A stretch of 64,000 bases of DNA. Source: an uncultured Rhodospirillales bacterium. Its GTDB lineage: Bacteria > Pseudomonadota > Alphaproteobacteria > Rhodospirillales > UBA2165. The position numbers and the translations under genes are program-made. Below the pieces are notes generated by a model. It had not been told where the DNA came from. It saw nothing but the letters and a program-made list of their open reading frames with translations, and made no database searches. The stretch covers positions 1,520,281 to 1,584,280 of the forward strand of contig CAJXKD010000001.1 of NCBI GenBank assembly GCA_913055735.1, written 5' to 3'. Positions 54,098 through 61,605 of the stretch are shown here, one piece after another (positions within the stretch are counted from its first letter, which is position 1; each line of letters begins with the position of its first letter).

Positions 54098-55015
54098 CTA
54101 TGAATTGATGGACGTCAGAATGGCCGAGGGTGACAAGCCGTGTTCGGCGAGTAGTTCTTGATGGCTGCCGTAACAATGGATGAACTCATCCTTCAAGGAA
54201 TAGCAATCAAGGCGCGCAGACGTTCTGGTATCGAACGCGATCTCTTTTACACGTGAGCCAAGGCCACCGTGCGGAACGTGTTCTTCAATCACGACGACAT
54301 GCTTGTGCTCGGCCAGAACGCTCGCGATTCCGTCTCGATCCAAGGGCTTGATTGTATGACAGGAATAGAGCGAAACGGATTGCCCCTGTTTTTCTAACGT
54401 CTCGGAGATCTCGGCTGCCATCGCGACTGTAATCCCGTAGGACAAAATCGCGATATCCGATCCCTTTTTGAGGCAACGAATCTTTCCAATGGCAAATGGG
54501 TCGAGAGCGGCACTTGTCAAATCCGGTTCACCCGCTTTTCCCAGGCGCATATAGACAGGTCCGTGGCTTTGTGTCGCACACCATTCCGTCGCCGTCCACA
54601 TCTCGTTGGGATCGCAGGGTGCAAGAACGGTCATATTGGGGATAGCGCTAGCGACCGCCACATCTTCCATCGTGTGATGAGTTCCTCCCAGCGTTGAATA
54701 AATGACGCCTGCGCCCATACCGATCACGGTGACGGGTAGGTTTTGGTAGCAAAGGTCGTCTCTCACCATTTCGAACGGCCGGAATAGGGAGAAGGTCGCA
54801 ATCGTATAACAAAACGGCCGCATGCCATTTAGTGCCATGCCCGCGGCGATTCCGATCATGGCTTGTTCGGCGACGCCGCAGTTCACGAACCTCTCGGGAA
54901 AATCCTCGCGGAAATTGACCATGGAACCGGCCGGCGAAATATCCGCCACGATGGCGCAAATACGGTCGTCGGTCTTGGCAATTTCGTAAATTGCATCGGC
55001 AAACTTGTTCCTCAC
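54098..55015 (-). CDS. Transketolase, C-terminal (pyrimidine-binding + C-terminal domain) subunit
   Basis: 305 aa with a GTG start overlapping the upstream stop. Motif FVNCGVAEQAMIGIAAGMALNGMRPF. Confidence 0.85.
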   Translation of the reverse strand: MRNKFADAIYEIAKTDDRICAIVADISPAGSMVNFREDFPERFVNCGVAEQAMIGIAAGMALNGMRPFCYTIATFSLFRPFEMVRDDLCYQNLPVTVIGMGAGVIYSTLGGTHHTMEDVAVASAIPNMTVLAPCDPNEMWTATEWCATQSHGPVYMRLGKAGEPDLTSAALDPFAIGKIRCLKKGSDIAILSYGITVAMAAEISETLEKQGQSVSLYSCHTIKPLDRDGIASVLAEHKHVVVIEEHVPHGGLGSRVKEIAFDTRTSARLDCYSLKDEFIHCYGSHQELLAEHGLSPSAILTSINS

Positions 55016-55836
55016 GATGAAACCTCCGCGAGTTCGTCAATAGCTTGCCGGTATTCCTCCGGTGTAGGCGATCGATAATGCCATACCGGAACGTTTTCCA
55101 TGTAGGAGACCCCTCGTCCTTTGATCGTATTGCCGATAAGCATGAAGGGTTTGCCGCCTTTCCGTTCCGTAATCGCCTTGAACACCGCCTCGGCATCGTG
55201 ACCATTCACTTCAACCGCTTCCCACCCAAACGCTTCAACCTTTTCGCGGATCGGGTAAAAGGCGGGATGCGTCTCGGAAGTGCGGCCAAAGGACTGGAAA
55301 CCATTGTGGTCAAGGAGCGCAATCAGATTGTCGGTTTTCAGGTTGGCCGCCATCATCATGGCTTCCCAGGTCGACCCCTCCTGGAATTCGCCGTCGCTTA
55401 GTACTGCGAAAACCTTTCCTGTCTTGCGATGAATATACTTTTCCGCATAGGCCATTCCCGTTGCCAATGCCATCCCATGACCCAGCGATCCCGTCGACGC
55501 TTCTATGCCGGGAACGCCATAATCGGGATGGCAACCGAGCCGCCCCTCCGGCTTGCAGTAAAGTGCGATATCTTCCTCGGTGAGTATCCCGAGATCTTCG
55601 AGGATCACATATTGAACGAGGCAGCCGTGGCCCTTGGACATGATAAATCGATCTTTGTCTTCCGCTGCGCCATCTTGCCGCATAAGCGCGTGATAGACAC
55701 AATCGACCATTTCCATCGCCGAGAAGGCGGCCGCAGCATGCAACGCTGTAACCTTCTGGGATATATCAAGAATGCGCTTGCGATACATTTTGCACCGCTT
55801 CTGCGCAGCGTTTACGTCAAAACTATTCTGAAGCAA
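55012..55836 (-). CDS. Transketolase, N-terminal (ThDP pyrophosphate-binding) subunit
   Basis: 274 aa (TTG at 55836; an alternative ATG lies at 55788). Motifs SKGHGCLVQY, GSLGHGMALATGMA and VLSDGEFQEGSTWEA...LLDHNG. Confidence 0.85.
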   Translation of the reverse strand: MLQNSFDVNAAQKRCKMYRKRILDISQKVTALHAAAAFSAMEMVDCVYHALMRQDGAAEDKDRFIMSKGHGCLVQYVILEDLGILTEEDIALYCKPEGRLGCHPDYGVPGIEASTGSLGHGMALATGMAYAEKYIHRKTGKVFAVLSDGEFQEGSTWEAMMMAANLKTDNLIALLDHNGFQSFGRTSETHPAFYPIREKVEAFGWEAVEVNGHDAEAVFKAITERKGGKPFMLIGNTIKGRGVSYMENVPVWHYRSPTPEEYRQAIDELAEVSS

Positions 55837-55859
55837 TGTTTTCAGCCGTCTTTGAGTGG

Positions 55860-56510
55860 TCAGTCAATTATCGTCCAGTACCAGTCACCGGTATAACCGG
55901 CTTCGTCAAATAGTTTTATCCATCCGTCCGGGTAATCGTGGAACATTGCCGTAAGCACCCAACTCTCGAAAATTTCCTTTTGCTCCGGCGTTCGGTAGCT
56001 GTCTACTTGAACGAATCCGCGCCCAGGACTTAGGCGCTCGAATTCGCGTAGCGCCTGCGCGCACCGGTCGCGAGGCAAGTTATGGATGGTATTGATTGAT
56101 AGAACTGCGTCGAATGTTCCATCGGGGAAGGGGAGTTCATCGGCGCTGCCCAGGTGCAGACGTCCCACCGTTTCCCGCTCGCAGTTCATCAAGGCGTATT
56201 TTGAAATATCGACGCCGTACGCATCGATTCCGATTGCCAATAAGTCTTTGACGAGGAAACCTTTGCCGCACCCGACATCCAATACCTTGGCACCTGGCTC
56301 GAGCCCAAAATGTTCGACGATATCGGTAGCTACAGGCTGCCAGCGGCCGTCATAATAGTACCCGCCATATCCGTATTCGCGTGGTCCGTCGAAATAGACC
56401 TCGCCATATTCCCTTGAAATACGCACATGTTCGTCGGATTTAGCCGTTTCGCGTGCTTTGACATTGCGTTTGCCCTTGGGCAATGAGCGCAGGAGATTAA
56501 CCTCAACCAT
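55860..56510 (-). CDS. Class I SAM-dependent methyltransferase
   Basis: 216 aa. Motif I AKVLDVGCGKGFL. Confidence 0.75.
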   Translation of the reverse strand: MVEVNLLRSLPKGKRNVKARETAKSDEHVRISREYGEVYFDGPREYGYGGYYYDGRWQPVATDIVEHFGLEPGAKVLDVGCGKGFLVKDLLAIGIDAYGVDISKYALMNCERETVGRLHLGSADELPFPDGTFDAVLSINTIHNLPRDRCAQALREFERLSPGRGFVQVDSYRTPEQKEIFESWVLTAMFHDYPDGWIKLFDEAGYTGDWYWTIID

Positions 56511-56516
56511 TGTTAC

Positions 56517-57398
56517 CTAACCTAGTGCCTCATTCTGAATTTTGGCTAAGCCCTCGGCCAACTCCAAATAGCGAAAATCGGGAAAGGCCTCTTGTGTTGC
56601 TTGATTATTGAATGCCCTAAAGCCGTTGTGGGGCATCGGTCCGGTGCGAGGTGTGCCTTTTACCGTCACTGAAGGTTCCGATAAATCCGCGATCATCTCG
56701 GCGATCTTCCTAAAGGATATGACGTGGCCCGTAACCGCATTCAGCACGCCTTGGCTTCTATGCCAGGCAATAAGCCTGATCAACTCTGCCACATCGTTAA
56801 CATGTACGTGGTCGCGACGTTCCTCGCCTTCGCCAAACAAAACAATATCCTCGCCTTGTTCCGCAAGTCGTCGGAATTTGTTGGGACCGTAACCATTGTG
56901 CGGATCTTCGGCTCCATAAATCAAAGTAGGGCGCAAGATCGCGAGCGGGCAGTCCACGGCGTCCTTTAGCATGACCTCGCGCGTAAGGTGCATAATGCCA
57001 TGTAAGGAACTTGGCTCGGCACAAGAAGACTCGTCCAAAAGTTCCATGCTGTCTCTATAGACAGCATCTGAGCTGACATACATCACGTGCGCTGGGGATG
57101 AGCGTTCAAGCGCGCCGGAGACCGCCTCCATCATCTTGATGTTGCTAACTAGCATTGACGTATTCTTGCAAGGTGCTTCGGCAGCGATGATCAACACGGT
57201 ATCATCTGGCTCAATAGACTCCGAAAGGCGATCGCCGGCCCCTTGCGCAAGAAGGTCGATTTCTTGGCGACCAAGCGCAAGGACCGGCGTTCCTTCGCCA
57301 TCGAACGCTGTTCGTGCAGCTTTTCCGACAAAGCCGGCCGCGCCCAGTATGACAACTCTCGTGGGTCGGCGAAGGGGCCTGTTTAAGTGCTCAAGCAT
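56517..57398 (-). CDS. NAD-dependent sugar epimerase/dehydratase/reductase (SDR)
   Basis: 293 aa. Motif RVVILGAAGFVGKAA. 8-nt overlap with the upstream gene. Confidence 0.65.
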   Translation of the reverse strand: MLEHLNRPLRRPTRVVILGAAGFVGKAARTAFDGEGTPVLALGRQEIDLLAQGAGDRLSESIEPDDTVLIIAAEAPCKNTSMLVSNIKMMEAVSGALERSSPAHVMYVSSDAVYRDSMELLDESSCAEPSSLHGIMHLTREVMLKDAVDCPLAILRPTLIYGAEDPHNGYGPNKFRRLAEQGEDIVLFGEGEERRDHVHVNDVAELIRLIAWHRSQGVLNAVTGHVISFRKIAEMIADLSEPSVTVKGTPRTGPMPHNGFRAFNNQATQEAFPDFRYLELAEGLAKIQNEALG

Positions 57399-58695
57399 GT
57401 TGTTTTCGTGCAGTCGCGTCGATTTTTGATGGTGGTTTGCCGAGCGTAAAATGATCCAGTCCGGCGTCGATTAATTTTCCGGACTGCCATATACCGTATG
57501 GATCTATGACTGTCCGACCCCGCATGCGTTGGGCCAAATCGTGGGGGTCGATTTCTCGGTAAGCTGGCCACGGCGTCATCACCGCAACGGCATCCGTATT
57601 TTCGCAAGCTTCCAAGGGGTCGTTCGTGACATCGCAGGAAATATCAGCTTCTTCTGCGGTCACGATGGGATCGTGCGCTTTGACGTTGCATTTCTCTAGA
57701 TTCTTTAACAGGCTCAAAGCGGGGGAGTTCTTTGTGCTGTGTGTGTTCTCTTTGTAGGCGAGGCCCAGAATGCCGACGTCGGGATTGCAGTTCTCGTTCA
57801 GAACCTCGCGCTTCAGCGTTTCCCAAACCCAATCGCGCCGTCGCTGGCTATTGACGAGCCAGGCCTCAATGAGACTGCCGTCGGTGTCGTGCCTTTTCGC
57901 TAAGGTAGCTACCGTCGCGAGGTCGCGCTCCAGATTGCCCCCGGCCAGTCCTAATCCCGGTTTGAGATAACTGAATTGCCCGATCCGGCGGTCGAGTTTC
58001 AAGGCCGGAACGATCTCTGACCAATCGGCTTCAATCTGTTCGCAAATTTCCGCCATCATGTTGGCGACGCTGACCGAAGCAACCAGGCACATATTGATCG
58101 AGATTTTCGCCAGTTCGGCACTCTCATAACGCATTGGTAAAATGGGGCATTCGAACGCCGATAGAAAAGCTTCTAACCTTGGATCGATCGGTTCGTGGGG
58201 ATTGCCGCAACCGACGATAATCCGTTCGGGTTTGAGTGCCCTAGTTATGGCTTGGCCGAATACCAGGGTCTCGACTTGATAGTATAAACGTGTAGGCGAA
58301 CAGCCGATGCCACGCGTGAAACCCGGCGGCACTTGGCAGAGAATGACCAGCAAAGCATCCTCACTGGCGTTGTCTTCGATCAAACGGAACATTCGTTCAA
58401 TCGTGCGTAAATCTCCTTTGCCGGAATCATCTGTCGGCACGTCTATCGACAGATACACGACGTCGCAGCGGCTTAAGTCGGTCGCATCGTTGGTAAAAGT
58501 GATGCGGGTGCGATTTGCCATTATGGTTTCGCTGAGGTCGGGTTCGCTGATGTGAAACCGGCCCGCCTTGAGGTCTTCGACGAGTTTCGGATCGTCATGA
58601 AAGCCGATCACGTCGAAGCCGCGTGCTGCAGCAGCGGCGGCAGAGCATAGACCCAAATGCGTCATTCCTGCGAAAGCAACAACGGGTCTGTTCAT
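57391..58695 (-). CDS. Nucleotide-sugar 6-dehydrogenase (UDP-glucose/GDP-mannose dehydrogenase family)
   Basis: MNRPVVAFAGMTHLGL from the ATG at 58695, which gives an ATGA overlap with the upstream stop, plus GLAYKENTHSTKNSPA. Confidence 0.8.
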   Translation of the reverse strand: MNRPVVAFAGMTHLGLCSAAAAAARGFDVIGFHDDPKLVEDLKAGRFHISEPDLSETIMANRTRITFTNDATDLSRCDVVYLSIDVPTDDSGKGDLRTIERMFRLIEDNASEDALLVILCQVPPGFTRGIGCSPTRLYYQVETLVFGQAITRALKPERIIVGCGNPHEPIDPRLEAFLSAFECPILPMRYESAELAKISINMCLVASVSVANMMAEICEQIEADWSEIVPALKLDRRIGQFSYLKPGLGLAGGNLERDLATVATLAKRHDTDGSLIEAWLVNSQRRRDWVWETLKREVLNENCNPDVGILGLAYKENTHSTKNSPALSLLKNLEKCNVKAHDPIVTAEEADISCDVTNDPLEACENTDAVAVMTPWPAYREIDPHDLAQRMRGRTVIDPYGIWQSGKLIDAGLDHFTLGKPPSKIDATARKQHA

Positions 58696-59657
58696 TGACA
58701 ACCCTTTTTCTCAGTCGTGCCGGTTAGTCCGGTTTGTCTTGCCAATGCGTTCAGCTTCCGACTGAGCCACAAGTCGTTGTCAAGTGTCGTTCCCGTCCCC
58801 TTTCTGCAAAGCTCAACGAAATGTACATATTCGGTCTCCCAAGTGGGATCCGTTTGTACGAGGCATACGGATTCTTCGGGCGGACGTCCGCTCGGAAGAA
58901 TTCTCGTCCGTCGTGTGAAAGTGCTCGGTCCCCATTTGCACAGACTGTCAATATGCGCGCTGCCATTCTCTGCGTAAATGTCGCAGGTGAAGTGATTGCG
59001 CCAACTGAGCATCGACATCTCGAGTTGGATTGCGGGATAACCTTCACCGGTAACGACGATATGATCGAATGCCCGGTTTTCGTGTCGATGGGCGCCTTGG
59101 ATACGGAAATCGACATTGAAACCGTCGCCGAACCAAAATCGCAGTGTATCCAGCAGGTGACTGCCAAGATCCGTAAGGACGCCGGCGCCTGTGTCGCGCC
59201 AGGCACTTTCACGTACCAAGCGGGCGGTACCATTCCCATAGAACATTCGCAGCGAGTAGATCTTTCCCAAGTCGCCGCTCGCAATGAGATCGCGCATTCT
59301 CACGAAATGAGGCTCAAACCTGTGATTGTACGCCGTGTAGCAAACGACATTGTTACGTTGGGCAAGCCTCGATAAGTCGCTAATTTCTTGCTCGTCGGAA
59401 CTAATGATCGGCTTTTCGACAAGCACATGCTTCCCGTTGCCAATAAGAAAGGAGAGCATGGCCAGTTTTTCGCCATCCGGCACACACAGCAATGCCGCGT
59501 CGTAGTCCGTCGATGGCACGTCGTAGAGGCTTTTGTAGGTGGCGCTATCAATTGCCGGGTCTACGGTCGCGACGATGTCGCTGCCGGCGACGCTCATCCT
59601 TTTCATCCCCTGCACACCCAATCCCACGATGACGATTCGTAACGATTTGGAATTCAT
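58692..59657 (-). CDS. Gfo/Idh/MocA family sugar oxidoreductase
   Basis: 321 aa. Motifs LRIVIVGLGVQG and HVLVEKP. Confidence 0.65.
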   Translation of the reverse strand: MNSKSLRIVIVGLGVQGMKRMSVAGSDIVATVDPAIDSATYKSLYDVPSTDYDAALLCVPDGEKLAMLSFLIGNGKHVLVEKPIISSDEQEISDLSRLAQRNNVVCYTAYNHRFEPHFVRMRDLIASGDLGKIYSLRMFYGNGTARLVRESAWRDTGAGVLTDLGSHLLDTLRFWFGDGFNVDFRIQGAHRHENRAFDHIVVTGEGYPAIQLEMSMLSWRNHFTCDIYAENGSAHIDSLCKWGPSTFTRRTRILPSGRPPEESVCLVQTDPTWETEYVHFVELCRKGTGTTLDNDLWLSRKLNALARQTGLTGTTEKKGCQ

Positions 59658-59664
59658 GACAGAG

Positions 59665-61218
59665 TTAGGCTCCGTAACCCGCCGTTTTTTCGATCTGATT
59701 GATACGACTCAGCACGTCTGCGGGTTTAACCGGAATATTGCCGTCATATTCGCATTCGCACGCGGCTGCGAACGACCCCAATATTGCCGCGATAACCGCG
59801 TTCTTGGTCGCCAACATGGATAGCGTGGCGTAGGCTAAAAGTGCGTCGCCTGCCCCAACCGCATCGACGACGGTTCGCGCGAAACTATCTATCGAAAAAT
59901 ACGTGACACCGTCTTCTTCGCTCGACGGAAAGGTCGCGAATACGCCGCGGTCCCCCAGTTTTAGGATGAGCAATCGGCATCCTGTCTCTCCCATTAGTGA
60001 ACCGGCAAGGCTGCCGACCGTCGAGTCCTGATCTGCGAGCGCAAACCGCGCTTCACGTTCGTTCGGTGTAATCAGATCGAAATCCTTGAACTCAGTGATA
60101 TTGCCCCATCTGCTCGCGACCTGACTATCGGCGACCTTATAGACGTCTGCCGGAATTGCGTCGGTTAAGACGGGTACGGTAAGCTGATTGAAAATTCCAT
60201 GGCGGAAATCGCTGAATACCACCGCGTCCGATTTTGTATTTTTCAAAGTCTCGCTCAGTTCCTCCAAAATCGTATCCGAGATGGACCGATTGTCGAGCGT
60301 ATCTACTTTGAGCAGCCGATATCCGCTAGCGATTATCGCGTTCTTGTTTGTTGTCGGCCGAGTTTGATCAATGATCGCTTTGCAGTCTATCCCCGCTTCC
60401 GTCAGGCCTTTTACGACGAAGTCTGCGTAGCGGTCCTTACCGAGTACAGTCGAGAACACGACCTCCGCACCTGCGGCGCGCATATGCTGGCAGACAATTC
60501 CGGCGCCGCCAATATAGTCGTCCTGCCCTAGGTATCGAACGCTAAACGTGGGTGTTTTGGTCTGGCCACCGATTAGAGACGTACGAGTGTAGCTGTCTAC
60601 GATGGTGTCGCCGAGAACATGGACCTTGAATCCCTTCATCTGATCGACGGCCTTTCTGAGGTCGTCAAAAGAAAGGCCATTTGAATGCATTAGGGACAAG
60701 AGCTTCTCGATTTGAAGAGCCGGCGGTGCAAGGTCGATCAGCTTTGAAGAGGAGTATACGACGTCCCCTGGCGTGAAAATCATCTCGCCGCCGTATCCCT
60801 CGACTAAATCCGCCTCTTCTTGCGTGGCAGGTGGAAGTCCGCCCCCCATATATTCGAAGCCTTTTGCGAAATAGTCCGGCTGCAAATAGTTTATGTTTTC
60901 TAGGGGTTTGGCATTGTGATCGATGATCACGTAGTCGACCATTTCGAACGCAGCAATGTTCAAGGCACGCAATCGTTCCGGCACATGTGGCCGATAGGTC
61001 CCTTTCTTAATATGCTTGTCGGCCGTGATGCTGGCAATCAGGATATCGGCTTTCGTCTTGGCGTAGGCTAAGTGGCGCACATGGCCGGGGTGCACGACGT
61101 CGAATACGCCATGACACATGATGACCTTTTTTTCACGCGGAAAGCCGCCAATGACTTTTTTCAGATCCTCACGATCGCGGAGTTTGAAGCTGTATTTTTC
61201 GAAGAATTCCGTGGTCAC
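59665..61218 (-). CDS. Bifunctional sugar-phosphate nucleotidyltransferase + PfkB sugar kinase (HldE/RfaE-like with inverted domain order)
   Basis: 517 aa with GTG start. The N-terminal CHGVFDVVHPGHVRHL...ITADKHIKKG..RP resembles RfaE domain II. The C-terminal VHVLGDTIVDSY...GGAGIV...DAVGAGDALLA resembles the PfkB/RfaE domain I kinase. First gene of the long operon. Confidence 0.7.
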   Translation of the reverse strand: MTTEFFEKYSFKLRDREDLKKVIGGFPREKKVIMCHGVFDVVHPGHVRHLAYAKTKADILIASITADKHIKKGTYRPHVPERLRALNIAAFEMVDYVIIDHNAKPLENINYLQPDYFAKGFEYMGGGLPPATQEEADLVEGYGGEMIFTPGDVVYSSSKLIDLAPPALQIEKLLSLMHSNGLSFDDLRKAVDQMKGFKVHVLGDTIVDSYTRTSLIGGQTKTPTFSVRYLGQDDYIGGAGIVCQHMRAAGAEVVFSTVLGKDRYADFVVKGLTEAGIDCKAIIDQTRPTTNKNAIIASGYRLLKVDTLDNRSISDTILEELSETLKNTKSDAVVFSDFRHGIFNQLTVPVLTDAIPADVYKVADSQVASRWGNITEFKDFDLITPNEREARFALADQDSTVGSLAGSLMGETGCRLLILKLGDRGVFATFPSSEEDGVTYFSIDSFARTVVDAVGAGDALLAYATLSMLATKNAVIAAILGSFAAACECEYDGNIPVKPADVLSRINQIEKTAGYGA

Positions 61219-61605
61219 GCGGCAAACCTATTCGACGATGTGGCAGACGATTTCATTGAGGGCGTGTCGTCACAATAGATGTGACGCAGAATAGCCAGTA
61301 GAGAAAAAGTGAACAATGGAACAAGAACCTCAGATCGATTCGATGGCGCTGGACAGCGAGGCGTGCTGTATGCGCGGTTCGGAAGAAAAGACAATATGGA
61401 TTTTTGGTTGGATAAAATCGTGATGCGAAGGGGCAAGTAGTCTTCAAGATTCGATTTGGCCACGCGATCCCACGTGACTGATTTTCAAAACGAAAGTTCC
61501 CCCCATAGGCCAATGCTGTGACATTGCTAGTGATTCGATCAATGGATATACCTGAGTAGAGTTCCCCGAACCATCGTGTGATTAAGGTTAACTTTAGGTC
61601 ATCGA
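61219..61605. promoter_or_regulatory. 387-nt divergent control region (largest non-coding stretch in the window)
   Basis: Lies between the start of the 37-gene minus-strand train (61218) and the plus-strand membrane-protein gene (61606). Locally AT-richer, and contains the repeated octamer listed separately. Confidence 0.45.
61338..61539 (+). repeat. Three direct copies of GATTCGAT (61338-61345, 61448-61455, 61532-61539) plus an inverted 7/8 copy ATCGAAT at 61601-61607 overlapping the ATG at 61606
   Basis: Read directly from the sequence. The spacings are 110 and 84 nt. This is a candidate operator/regulator-binding motif. Confidence 0.5.

Noticed and set aside
61215-61513. Two small minus-strand ORFs (82 and 86 aa) inside the 387-nt intergenic region
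   Set aside because: They overlap each other in different frames. They have no recognisable motif or ribosome-binding context, and their composition looks non-coding. I treat the region as regulatory DNA.
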